Source: Candidatus Hydrogenedentota bacterium (GTDB lineage Bacteria > Hydrogenedentota > Hydrogenedentia > Hydrogenedentales > JAEUWI01). From it: a DNA stretch of 64,000 bases. Positions 44,719 to 54,078 of the stretch are shown here, piece by piece. Below the pieces are notes generated by a model that saw only the letters and a program-made list of their open reading frames with translations, was not told the origin of the DNA and searched no databases. The translations under genes were made by a program, and so were the position numbers. Position 1 is the first letter of the stretch; each line of letters begins with the position of its first letter. Location of the stretch: contig JAEUWI010000022.1 of assembly GCA_016791475.1 (NCBI GenBank), positions 9,658 through 73,657 of the forward strand. The letters run 5' to 3'.

Positions 44719-45402
44719 ATGAAGACGAGATGGATTCTCATACCGGTTACGTGTTTATCAATGGTCTTTTGTGGTTTTGCAGATGCTCAGGGCAATGCGC
44801 GAACGGGATCGCCCGGAAAAAGCATGCGACTGGATTCGGTGAAGCGGCCCGTGGCGCGTTCCGCTGCCCAACGGGTTTCCCCGAGTCGTGCCGGCGGTGA
44901 ATCTCGTCGGCCCGGCGCGGGTGCCCCCCTGAACCTGAACCGGAACCGCGGCAACGGCGCGGGCCTGGGTCGGGGCGTGAATCACGACTACGCCGGACTG
45001 GGCAACGCGCCCCTCGGCGGGCTGCTTGAGGAGTACCTGTACAACGAGTTTGGTGGTCGTGGCTTCGACCCCTATGAAGGAGAGAAGGCCCACGCGAAGG
45101 CCTACCGCGATGCGGCCATCGCGAACGCGATTGTAAACGTGGTCGGGATTCTGGCCACGGCAAACCAGCCTCAGTTACCCGCGGTTGCATGCCCGGCACC
45201 GGCACCGGTCGCGCCGAGCGGCCATATCGAGCGCCAACGCGTACTGGTGCAGGAAGGCCGCACGGAGGAGTATCAGGTCTGGATTCCGGAGTACACCATC
45301 CGCGAGACGGGAGAAGTGGTGGTCGGCCACCACGAAACGCGTCGGCGTGAGATCGCCCCGGTATTCGAGGAGCGCGAGATCTGGGTGCCTTCTCCGTACT
45401 AG
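44719..45402 (+). CDS. secreted hypothetical protein
   Basis: ATG 44719 (CAGGAGG upstream). Signal MKTRWILIPVTCLSMVFCGFADA. A Gly/Arg-rich low-complexity N-half. No family recognised. Confidence 0.5.
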   Translation: MKTRWILIPVTCLSMVFCGFADAQGNARTGSPGKSMRLDSVKRPVARSAAQRVSPSRAGGESRRPGAGAPLNLNRNRGNGAGLGRGVNHDYAGLGNAPLGGLLEEYLYNEFGGRGFDPYEGEKAHAKAYRDAAIANAIVNVVGILATANQPQLPAVACPAPAPVAPSGHIERQRVLVQEGRTEEYQVWIPEYTIRETGEVVVGHHETRRREIAPVFEEREIWVPSPY

Positions 45403-45427
45403 AAAATGCGGGACTTGGACATGGAGG

Positions 45428-45457
45428 CCGCACCGGACTGATCCGGTGCGGTCTTTG
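45428..45457 (+). terminator. rho-independent terminator
   Basis: Stem CCGCACCGGA (45428-45437), loop CTGA, stem TCCGGTGCGG (45442-45451), then TCTTTG. A second 7-bp hairpin lies at 45470-45488. Confidence 0.6.
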
Positions 45458-45803
45458 CTCAATTAGAAACCACCGGTAGAACCGGTGGCATAAAGTCAGG
45501 TTGGATTAAATCCCGCAGGGTCGGCATATCGTCACAAAGATTGACGGCGGAACGGCGGAGCCTGATGAATTCTCGTCGGCTGAGCCGGTGGATTAGCTCG
45601 AGTTAAGTGGCAATCTCCGGACTTGCGGTCCCGGCCCGAAGGGTTTACAATAGGAAAACGGTTAAAATTAATGGGCGGAGAGGCGGTAGAAAAAGGGGTT
45701 TACTTATGGGTATTGGAGAAGTGATTTGCGCCTCCAGTCCCGTTTGGAGTGAATGGCGCTCTGGGAAAGACCTCCGGACACACTCCAGGACGGGAGCGAC
45801 GCG

Positions 45804-47633
45804 ATGACGTGGCTGTTGACGGCCAAGTCCGGGTCGAGCCGTGGAGAAAGCTGGACGATCGGCCCCCGACCGATTGTCATGGGCCGAAGCCTGAGTTGCG
45901 ATATAACGATTGGCGATCCGACGGTTTCCCGCAAGCACTGCGAAGTGAGACTGGAAGGCGATGGCGTCGTGTTTCGCGATCTCGGCAGCCGGAATGTATC
46001 GCTCGTCAATGGCCGGGCGGTGGAAGAATGCCGCCTGCTGGTGGGCGATGAACTTTCCCTCGGCACGGAATCCTTCATCCTCACGAGAACATCGCTTTCG
46101 GGCCCCCCTTCCCCACCGGAATCCGATCCGCGCGGTTCGACGACCGTGTCTCTGGATGAGGCCCTTTACCTCAACGATGGCGGTGAGAGCGCGCCTCTGG
46201 AGCAGCACTACCCGGCGACGGTTCAGGATCTGGCCCGGCTGCATAATTTCGCACGGAAGCTTGGTAAGGCCCACCGCGAGGACGAGTTTGCCGCGCTCTG
46301 CCTTCAGGAACTTGAAGAATCTTTCCCCGCGCGGGTGAAAGCGGCGCTGTGCTGTGTAAACGCCGGCGGCCTCACCTGGTATCCACCGGGGTTTGCGCCA
46401 AGTGACGATCTCTGCGAACAGGTGGAGGAGGCAATGACTCGGGGGGATGCGTGCATGAGCAGCCACCGCGCGAAACGGCTCTTCTTCAAGGAAGTAACTA
46501 TTTCATGCGTTGCGCCCATGCTTGCAAGCGGGCGATCGCTGGGCGCGCTGGTGCTCCAGTCCCTCGCGCGGGATTTCATACCGGAACCCGATTCCCTCGC
46601 GCAATTGAACGCGATAGCCCAGACGGCGAGTCCCTATCTGGGCTCGCTGGAGTTCCGGGGCGAAATCGCGCCGGAACCGGGCCAGGCGCCGGGAAGTGAT
46701 ACCACCCGCTTTCTGGGGGAAAGCCGCGCCGTGGAGGAACTTCGCGCTGAGATAGAGCGCGTCGCCCGCACGGGGCAGAATACCCTGATAACGGGTGAAG
46801 CGGGCACGGGCAAGGAATTGGCCGCCCACCTGATACATGCGTCGGGCAACCGGTCGCAGGGCCCGATCATTTCGGCCAACTGTATGACCCTTTCCGGCGC
46901 GAACTTTGCCGCCGCACTCACAGGCTCCGTGAAGCGGGACGGCGAGGATCCGGTGGTCATTCACCGGGGGCTGCTGGAGCAGGCGAACGGCGGGACGCTG
47001 GTTCTCCGGGAGTTGGATTCGCTCCTTCCAGAGAACCAACTGACATTGCTCCATCTGCTGGAGCGCGGCGCCTATCCTCGAAACGGAGGAACCCAGGTGG
47101 TATCGTTCAGCGTGCGGGTTGTGGGGACGTCCAGCAAAGATCTGGAGCAGTTGGCCCGACAGGGCGTCTTCCGCAGAGACCTGCTGAACTGGATCGGGCG
47201 GCAGCGGATTCACATCAAGCCGCTGCGGCGTCGCCCTTCGGATATTCGCGCGCTCGCGGAGTTCTTCGTGGACTCCGGCATGCGCCAGGGGGTGCATCAG
47301 GTGAAGGGACTGACGGAAGACGCCCTGGCGTATCTTCAGGAGCTGCCCCTCCATGGCAACGCTTTGGAACTGCGCAACACGATCACCCTGGCGGCCCTTC
47401 AGAGCCGGAGCGAGTTGCTCGGCACGGATGATTTGCGCGACGCTTCGACCCCCAGGAGCGAACGGGAGTCCGTGATGGAACCCTTGGAAAATGCGGAGCG
47501 GACGCTGATCAGCGCCGTGCTTGCCCAGTGCAACGGCAACCTCCAGGTGGCGGCCGAAATTCTGGGGCTTCCCGCGACAACCCTCGAAAAGATGACCGCC
47601 AATATGGCCGGGCTCAGGATCGGCAAGCGCTAG
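45804..47633 (+). CDS. FHA - GAF-like - AAA+ (sigma54-activator family) - Fis-type HTH regulator, with degenerate sigma54-contact and Walker B motifs
   Basis: ORF 45753..47633 trimmed to ATG 45804 (GGGAG 7 nt upstream). FHA: IVMGRSLSCDITIGDPTVSRKHCEV..NVSLVNG. Walker A: GEAGTGKE. The C-terminal HTH is NGNLQVAAEILGLPATTL. GAFTGA is absent, and GGTLVLREL replaces GGTLFLDEI. Confidence 0.8.
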   Translation: MTWLLTAKSGSSRGESWTIGPRPIVMGRSLSCDITIGDPTVSRKHCEVRLEGDGVVFRDLGSRNVSLVNGRAVEECRLLVGDELSLGTESFILTRTSLSGPPSPPESDPRGSTTVSLDEALYLNDGGESAPLEQHYPATVQDLARLHNFARKLGKAHREDEFAALCLQELEESFPARVKAALCCVNAGGLTWYPPGFAPSDDLCEQVEEAMTRGDACMSSHRAKRLFFKEVTISCVAPMLASGRSLGALVLQSLARDFIPEPDSLAQLNAIAQTASPYLGSLEFRGEIAPEPGQAPGSDTTRFLGESRAVEELRAEIERVARTGQNTLITGEAGTGKELAAHLIHASGNRSQGPIISANCMTLSGANFAAALTGSVKRDGEDPVVIHRGLLEQANGGTLVLRELDSLLPENQLTLLHLLERGAYPRNGGTQVVSFSVRVVGTSSKDLEQLARQGVFRRDLLNWIGRQRIHIKPLRRRPSDIRALAEFFVDSGMRQGVHQVKGLTEDALAYLQELPLHGNALELRNTITLAALQSRSELLGTDDLRDASTPRSERESVMEPLENAERTLISAVLAQCNGNLQVAAEILGLPATTLEKMTANMAGLRIGKR

Positions 47634-47683
47634 CAGCCCCTTGCAGAGCCCGAACACGGGCTCCCTCTGGTGAGGCCTTCCGC

Positions 47684-48892
47684 CTACTCGGGCGCGCCCG
47701 GGCCAAATACCGCGCGCACGGCCTCCAGGTATTTCGTTCCATGGGCGGTATCGGGTTCGAGGTAACTTCCTTCGGTCCATTCGTTCCAGCAATTGATGTT
47801 GAGAATCCTGGGGGAATCCGGCCGACGCTCCATCCGCTGTTTCGTGCGCTCCAGCGCCTCGCGAAACTGTTCGGGCGTATTCCCGGCGATGGTGTTCGTG
47901 AAGGGATAGCCGAAATCACCGAATGGGTCTTCCTGAAAGCACCGAGGACTCGGGTCCCACCCCATGGACACGTTTGGATAGTAGGGAACGTCGAACATGG
48001 CTTCGGCGCGATCCCAGTAGGCAAAGTACTGGTCGCGGACGTAGGCATAGTCGGTTTTCTGATCGGGGAGAAGCACATGGTGGACCCATACATACGAGGT
48101 CACCGAATCGAAGCCCAGCTCGGCAACGAGGGCCTTCGGGTCGGCCGGGGCCTTTTCTCCGGGTAGAATCGGCTGGCCCCAGACAACAGCATTGAGGTGA
48201 AGACCCGGGAGGCCCGCGTCAACGGCCCTGGCGCGGAAAGCGTCCAGCGCGGCACGCGTGGCTTCGACCGATCCAAAGTTTTCCATCAACGCACTCAGAT
48301 CGTAGAAGGAGAAGTAGGGCTTCCCGTCGATGCGCCAGTAGGAGGGTTGGAGGAAATAATCCTTGATCACATGGGCGGAGAGCCGTTCGAAGGTCTCTGC
48401 GCTGATCCGCGCCGGATAGAGCAACTCTCGGGGCGCATCGCGCTTGCAGGGCATGATGTCGAACCAGTCATGATTCGCCCACATCAGGGAGAATTTCACG
48501 CGATCACGGTTGGGCGCGGCCAGGTAGCCCCGATCGAGGCAGCGGTTCAGAAAGGGGCCGTCCTCGTAGTAGTACCAGTCGAATATGAACGCGCTTATGC
48601 CGTGGTCCGCCGCGGCGTCGATCTTCTTCGCCATGACCGCCGGGTCCGACTCATCTTCATAGCCCCACAGCGGCACCTTCGGCTGAGGGTGTCCGGGAAA
48701 GCGGGGCCGGGCGTCTTTCACCAGTTCCCACTCGGACCAACCCTCTCCCTTTTCGGCCACATTGCGCGGGTCTCCGGGATGGTAGTTGGGGAAGTAGTAG
48801 CTTGCCACGGTAATGGCCTCCCCCGCCTGCGCGGTGGAATGGCCGATGAGGGTTGCCAGGGCAAGAGCGGACAGCACCATAGGCAGTCGCAT
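47684..48892 (-). CDS. secreted WbsX-like glycoside hydrolase family protein (GH99-like clan)
   Basis: Signal MRLPMVLSALALATLIGHSTAQA. Pattern YYFPNYHPGDPRN...GWSEWELV...LWGYEDESDP...HGISAFIFDWYYY. GGAGG lies 8 nt upstream. Confidence 0.7.
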   Translation of the reverse strand: MRLPMVLSALALATLIGHSTAQAGEAITVASYYFPNYHPGDPRNVAEKGEGWSEWELVKDARPRFPGHPQPKVPLWGYEDESDPAVMAKKIDAAADHGISAFIFDWYYYEDGPFLNRCLDRGYLAAPNRDRVKFSLMWANHDWFDIMPCKRDAPRELLYPARISAETFERLSAHVIKDYFLQPSYWRIDGKPYFSFYDLSALMENFGSVEATRAALDAFRARAVDAGLPGLHLNAVVWGQPILPGEKAPADPKALVAELGFDSVTSYVWVHHVLLPDQKTDYAYVRDQYFAYWDRAEAMFDVPYYPNVSMGWDPSPRCFQEDPFGDFGYPFTNTIAGNTPEQFREALERTKQRMERRPDSPRILNINCWNEWTEGSYLEPDTAHGTKYLEAVRAVFGPGAPE

Positions 48893-49185
48893 GAGATAAT
48901 CCTCCGCTTACACCGAAACCCGCTCAGAACGACGGCGCAAGGAAGCCCCAGCAGAAGCGGGCTTTGTCGATTGGCCACGTTCACCCCGAGCCGAATGAGA
49001 CGAATCGAGGCAGAGGGAAGACGATCAGTAAGCGATCAGATCGTAGCAGAGAAACGAAAGTCAATTCCATGGGTACTGCGTTGGAAAATAAAGTAAGAAA
49101 AAGCTGTCGACGAATACGAAGGAGGTTTTGCATCCTGATCTTGAACTACTGAGGCAGGACGCTATGAGACACAGGATGACCAGCG

Positions 49186-50661
49186 TCAGACTTGGGTGTC
49201 GAGCGGATAGAGCGGGTGGGGCCGTTTGTGGTACTGGAAGGCCTCCGGACCGGCGCGGGTGACGCCGGGGGTATCCACACAGATGGTTTTCGTGGCTATC
49301 GGATCGTAGGCGGCACGGGGGGCGGTTACGCCCTTCACGATGATGCTTCCCAGGGCGCGGGGATCGATGCCCAGGCTCAGGAGTTGCTCCAGACTGGTGG
49401 GCATCACGCGGAGACTGTTCACCACGACCGTGTGGCCGTCGATGGTTAGAATGACGGCGGTTTTCCCCTGATCGTAGTCCCGTGTGCCGCCGTGGCGGGG
49501 GCTCTCCTCGATATAATGCCCGTCATGAAGGCGGATCACGGTGCCCTCGATCGCCACGGGCTGGCCGTGCTCGTGATCGGTCTTCGCACCCACCACGAGC
49601 GACACCTCTCCCCCCTCCCCCGCCCGCGTGCATTCTATCACGGCTTCGGGGTCATAGAGCACGGCGCAGATGTGCCGCGCCCCGGCTTCGCGCAGGGCGG
49701 CGAAGAGAATCGTGGAATCGCCGGGACCGCCCCCGCCGATGTTGTCGCCGCTATCCATGAGGCAGACGGTGCCCCGAGTCGCGACCGCCTCGGCCACGGC
49801 CTCTTCCACCGAGGGCAGGCCCGCGTTGAGGGCATCACGCTTCTCATAGATTGTGGCGGCAAAGTGACGCGCAGAATGGTCCGCCATGCCCTGATCCCGG
49901 TCTGAAATGACGATCACGGACACGCCCATGAAAGGGACGTCCGCGTAAATGTAGCCGGGCAGCAGAGAAACACTTGCAATACCCGGTTGCTCCTCAATCC
50001 GTTCGAGTTCCGCGTAGAGCTCCGCCATGGGTCCGCTGCCCGTGAACTGCTGTACGATGTGAATGAGCAGGGGGAGCTTCACGTGGGCCATGCGCGGCGA
50101 CAGACTCCCGTCGAGGATTCCGGCCATGATCCGCGCGCAGTCCACCCCACGCTGGCGCTGGTCGATGTGGGGATAGGTACGGTAGGCCACAATGGCATCG
50201 GGTAACTCCGCCATGCGCGGGGAGATGTTGCCGTGCATGTCGAGGGACATTACGATGGGTACATTGGGACCAACCAACGCGCGCAGGCGCTCCAGGGTCT
50301 CGCCGTCGGCGTCGTCGATGTTTTCGCAGACCATGGCGCCGTGTAGGGCGAGGAGGATGCCATCGAGCGGCAGGGCGGCTTCGACCGCGTTCAATAGATC
50401 GCGCAAAACGCTTTCGTAGGCCTCGCGTGTGACGGGCCCGGAGGGCGTGGCCCAGGCGGCCGCAAGGGGAACCATTTCGAGACTGTGGGTGGTGCAACCT
50501 TCGATGAAGCCGCCGAGTTCATGGTGGGCGTCTTTCCAGGCGGTGACCAGATCCGGCCCGAAGTGAAGGAAGGCTTCTTCGAACTGGGCGCGGGTGGTCA
50601 CCGTGTTGGCAAAGGTGTTGGACTCGTGCATGAAGCCGAGAATACCGACGCGCTTGCTCAT
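49186..50661 (-). CDS. M81 family metallopeptidase (MlrC-like)
   Basis: N-terminal MSKRVGILGFMHESNTF (DUF1485-type) with a C-terminal MlrC-like region. ATGA overlap with the upstream aminotransferase stop. Confidence 0.75.
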   Translation of the reverse strand: MSKRVGILGFMHESNTFANTVTTRAQFEEAFLHFGPDLVTAWKDAHHELGGFIEGCTTHSLEMVPLAAAWATPSGPVTREAYESVLRDLLNAVEAALPLDGILLALHGAMVCENIDDADGETLERLRALVGPNVPIVMSLDMHGNISPRMAELPDAIVAYRTYPHIDQRQRGVDCARIMAGILDGSLSPRMAHVKLPLLIHIVQQFTGSGPMAELYAELERIEEQPGIASVSLLPGYIYADVPFMGVSVIVISDRDQGMADHSARHFAATIYEKRDALNAGLPSVEEAVAEAVATRGTVCLMDSGDNIGGGGPGDSTILFAALREAGARHICAVLYDPEAVIECTRAGEGGEVSLVVGAKTDHEHGQPVAIEGTVIRLHDGHYIEESPRHGGTRDYDQGKTAVILTIDGHTVVVNSLRVMPTSLEQLLSLGIDPRALGSIIVKGVTAPRAAYDPIATKTICVDTPGVTRAGPEAFQYHKRPHPLYPLDTQV

Positions 50662-51974
50662 CGGGTGCGTCCCGCGAGTTGGGAAAGGGCGTTGCGGGCG
50701 GCTTCCAGCGTCTCATCGATATCACGTTCGCTGTGGACGGTGGAGACGAACCAGATCCCGAAGGAGGTAATCTGCACGCCCTGCTCCTGCATGGCGATGC
50801 GGAAAGTGCGGAGCATATCACTGTCGGCCTGGCGCGCGGAGCGCATGTCGGTGATGGGATCGGCCGTGGAAGGAACAAAAGACGTGCTGAAGACGGTGTT
50901 AACGCCGCGAAGCTGGAGGGAGAGTCCATAACCCTCGGCGAGGGCTTCCAGCTCTTCCGAGAGACGTCGCCCCGCGTCGTGTGCGCGCGTGAGCACGGCA
51001 CCGTGGTCCGCGTAGAGATGTTCCAGGGCCGCACGGGTGCCCGCCATGACGAGCGCGCTGGCGTTGTAGGTACCCGAATGTACCGTGCCCTTCGTGATTT
51101 CCATCATAAGATCAGTGCGCCCCACCAGAGCCGCGATGGGCAATCCGCCCCCAAGTGCTTTCGCGAAAATGGCGAGATCCGGTGTAATTTCGTAGTAGGC
51201 CTGGGCACCGCCGGGGTGCACGCGGAAGCCCGTGATTACTTCGTCGAATATCAGGACAACGCCGTGCTTCGTGCAAAGCTCCCGCATGCGTTCCAGGAAT
51301 TTCTTGTGTCCGGGGATGAGCCCGGAAGCCGAGGCGAAGGGATCGCAGATAACCGCGGCGAGCTGGTCCCCGTGCTGGGCGAAGGCTGCTTCGAGCAGGG
51401 GTAGATCGTTCCACGGGCGAATGAGGAGGCTGTCGGCGTACATACCCAATTGCCCCCTGGTCGTGGGGCGCACGTCGGGATGCTCGCGCGGACCGATGTC
51501 CGTATCCGTTGTCGGGCCGTTCCAGGCGATGGTGTCGAGCCAGCCGTGGTAGTGCCCTTCGAAACGCAGGACTTTGTCGCGTCCCGTGGCGCTTCGGGCA
51601 AGGCGAATCGCCGCGTGAACCGACTCCGACCCGGTGGAGTTGAAACGCACCATCTCCGCACAGGGGATGTGCTCGACGAGGAGTTCGGCCGCAATAACTT
51701 CATCCTCGCCCTGTCCCGCGAAGAGGATGCCTTTCTCGGCCTGCCGCGTGATGGCCTCGATCACGCACTCGGGCGTGTGGCCAAAGAGCATGGGCCCCTG
51801 GCCGAGGATGTAGTCGATGTATTCATTGCCGTCCACATCCCAGAGCCGGGCGTCCTTGGCGTGGGTGTAGTGGTGCGGCACGGGAAAGGCGGTAGAACGC
51901 ACGGCGCTGTTTACGCCGCCGGGAATAACCCTGCTGGCGCGCTCATGCCACGCGATGGTGTTCTTGAAATCCAA
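50658..51974 (-). CDS. class III (PLP) aminotransferase, glutamate-1-semialdehyde aminomutase-like
   Basis: Motifs VIPGGVNSAVRS, FDEVITGFR and AIFAKALGGGLPI. I prefer TTG 51974 (GGAAAGGA 6 nt upstream), which gives a typical N-terminus. ATG 52076 is the ORF-track alternative. Confidence 0.8.
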   Translation of the reverse strand: MDFKNTIAWHERASRVIPGGVNSAVRSTAFPVPHHYTHAKDARLWDVDGNEYIDYILGQGPMLFGHTPECVIEAITRQAEKGILFAGQGEDEVIAAELLVEHIPCAEMVRFNSTGSESVHAAIRLARSATGRDKVLRFEGHYHGWLDTIAWNGPTTDTDIGPREHPDVRPTTRGQLGMYADSLLIRPWNDLPLLEAAFAQHGDQLAAVICDPFASASGLIPGHKKFLERMRELCTKHGVVLIFDEVITGFRVHPGGAQAYYEITPDLAIFAKALGGGLPIAALVGRTDLMMEITKGTVHSGTYNASALVMAGTRAALEHLYADHGAVLTRAHDAGRRLSEELEALAEGYGLSLQLRGVNTVFSTSFVPSTADPITDMRSARQADSDMLRTFRIAMQEQGVQITSFGIWFVSTVHSERDIDETLEAARNALSQLAGRTR

Positions 51975-52085
51975 CTTCGGTCCTTTCCGATGGCTTAGTT
52001 GTATGCGACCACGCAGACAGTATACAGAGGCGGCGGGGACAGCAGCGACTGCAGGGACCAATGAGCGATGCCCCACAGTCTCACT

Positions 52086-53801
52086 TTAGCCCTCGTCGCG
52101 GGGCCGACTCATGTGCCACTTCGCGCGGAGCGCCGACGCCCCTCCGCCGAGGACGAACACCCCACCAACGGCAATCGACAGCCAGCCCTCGCGCAAGGGC
52201 GCGGTGAGCATCACGGCGGCCGCCATTACGACGCCGAGTGCGATAGTCGTCATGCCGATAATGTAGAGGGCGTACTGGCCATCCACACTTCGATCCCGCG
52301 TGCCGCCCTTCGGCGCGCGGTCGATGAGTCCGTTGAGGAAGGCATCTACCTGCGCGCGTTTCGCGGTGGAATCGGGCCAGATTCCGCTACCCGCTACGAG
52401 TCCGAGGGCCGTGGGCAGGATGGAGATCCATGTGAGCCACGGCACGGAGCGCAGCCAGGCCAGCCCCTCTCCCCCACCGACAACATAGGCCGTGATGCCG
52501 CAGACCGAACCCAGCGCGAAGGCCGACAGCGCGCCGCGCTCGGAGACTCTATTGCTGAGCAGTCCCGCAGCCATCGGCAGGGCCACCGGCGGCAACAAGA
52601 CGGCGAAGAGCTTGGCCATATAGTCCACCAGGTTCTCCAGGCTCTCCTGGTAGACCAACACCACCGCGAGGGCCATGGCCACGCCGCCTACGGCGAAGGT
52701 GCTCGCTCGCGCCAGAAACACCAGCTCGCGATCCGTAGCGTGGGGCCGGAATAGACGCTTGATGATGTCGTTGGTGATTACGGAGGAGAGGGCGTTGTAG
52801 TCGCTGGAAAGCATGGACATGGTGGCGGAGAACATGGCGGCGATGACGACGCCCATGAGCCCCGCGGGCAAGAGGAGGCGGCAGATCATCGGGTAGATGT
52901 CGTTGGCGTTTTCCACACCGGGGAGAAACTGGGTGGCGGAGATGGCGGGCCAGAAGAGAATGGGCGGGCCGATGAGGGTGAAAAATGCCACGGTGTACCC
53001 CACCCAGCGGGCATCCTGGTCACTGTTGGCGGCGTAGTAACGCTGGACATAGGGCCACTTCGTGGCGAAGGTCAGGGCAAGGATCACCGCGAAGGAAAGC
53101 AGCCAGGGCCAGGTGTAGGTGGCGTTGGTGATATTCCCATAACCCTCGGGCAGCTTCGCCAGCACGGGGAACACGCCCCCCGCCTTAACGGCGGCCAGGG
53201 GCGCGAGCACGAGCACCGCCGCCGCCATCACAATGAACTGAACGAAGTCGGTGATCAACACGGCCCAGAGCCCGCCCATGAGCGTATAGAGCAGCATGAT
53301 GGTGCCGCACCCCACGATGGCGATGGCCCGCTGCTCCGTGCCTTCGATGCCCACACTGGCCGTGATCATGGTGCCAATGACGAAGAGCTTCAGCGCGTCG
53401 TCCAGTACGATCAGCGGCACGCCGAACCAACTGAAGACCTGGCGTACGGTGGAGCTATAGCGCGTCTCCAAGTACTCCACCGGACTCGTGGTCGCCGCGC
53501 GACGCCACCGTCCAGCCAGATACCAGGCACTCAAAAGACAGCCGGGAATGGAGAACCACCAGATGCTGACCGCCACAAAGCCGTACTGATAGGCCAGCGC
53601 CGAGTAGGACACAAAGGTGAAGGCGCTGAAGGTCGTCATGTAGAGCGAAATGCCCGAAAGCCACCACGGCACCTGTCCCCCGCCGCTGAAAAAGTCGCTG
53701 AGATTCTTCATGCGCCGGGCATAAATGATCCCGATGGCCAGCATGACGGCGAAAAAGCCGGCCAGGATGATGTAGTCGGCGGCGGCGAGTCCTTTATCCA
53801 T
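52086..53801 (-). CDS. sodium:solute symporter family transporter
   Basis: ORF 52086..53954 trimmed to ATG 53801. Pattern DFFSGGGQVPWWLSGISLYMTTFSAFTFV and about 13 hydrophobic segments. Confidence 0.85.
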   Translation of the reverse strand: MDKGLAAADYIILAGFFAVMLAIGIIYARRMKNLSDFFSGGGQVPWWLSGISLYMTTFSAFTFVSYSALAYQYGFVAVSIWWFSIPGCLLSAWYLAGRWRRAATTSPVEYLETRYSSTVRQVFSWFGVPLIVLDDALKLFVIGTMITASVGIEGTEQRAIAIVGCGTIMLLYTLMGGLWAVLITDFVQFIVMAAAVLVLAPLAAVKAGGVFPVLAKLPEGYGNITNATYTWPWLLSFAVILALTFATKWPYVQRYYAANSDQDARWVGYTVAFFTLIGPPILFWPAISATQFLPGVENANDIYPMICRLLLPAGLMGVVIAAMFSATMSMLSSDYNALSSVITNDIIKRLFRPHATDRELVFLARASTFAVGGVAMALAVVLVYQESLENLVDYMAKLFAVLLPPVALPMAAGLLSNRVSERGALSAFALGSVCGITAYVVGGGEGLAWLRSVPWLTWISILPTALGLVAGSGIWPDSTAKRAQVDAFLNGLIDRAPKGGTRDRSVDGQYALYIIGMTTIALGVVMAAAVMLTAPLREGWLSIAVGGVFVLGGGASALRAKWHMSRPRDEG

Positions 53802-53946
53802 GGACGGGGCGATCTCCGGTGGTTGGGGGTACGACAAGGGGGCCGGTCGGGCCGTGGGGATTACCTTAGTGGATTTTGAAGTGGCATACAAGTTACAAGG
53901 GGATTGTGGACCGGGTGAGGCGGAAAGAACCGACAGAACGTACTCA

Positions 53947-53973
53947 GTCCACACTTTCCACTTTGTCCACCTG
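53947..53973 (+). repeat. 3 x 9-bp phased repeat GTCCACnnn
   Basis: GTCCACACT (53947-53955), TTCCACTTT (53956-53964), GTCCACCTG (53965-53973). It shares the exact 14-mer TCCACTTTGTCCAC (53957-53970) with 57798-57811. Confidence 0.9.
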
Positions 53974-54078
53974 GGACATCGACCAATCAGGCCACTCAGA
54001 AATTTCTTCGTGCCCTTCGTTTCGTCGTGGTGGTACTATTTTCCTCCCTGGTGTTCTCCAAGGTGAAAGGAAATCACA

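Noticed and set aside
45608-45628. TGGCAA...TTGCG upstream of the FHA-AAA+ regulator gene, looking like a sigma54 promoter.
   Set aside because: The GG to GC distance is 16 nt instead of the required 12 nt (GG at consensus positions 2-3, GC at 14-15). A sigma70-like TTGCGG-17-TACAAT (45623-45651) fits the same region better, though weakly.
48893-49185. Relatively AT-rich 293-bp gap with a 62-aa ORF (48964..49152) and GATCAG-containing imperfect palindromes.
   Set aside because: The ORF has no RBS and a highly basic low-complexity translation. The palindromes are imperfect. It is most likely just the promoter/leader of the WbsX-like gene.
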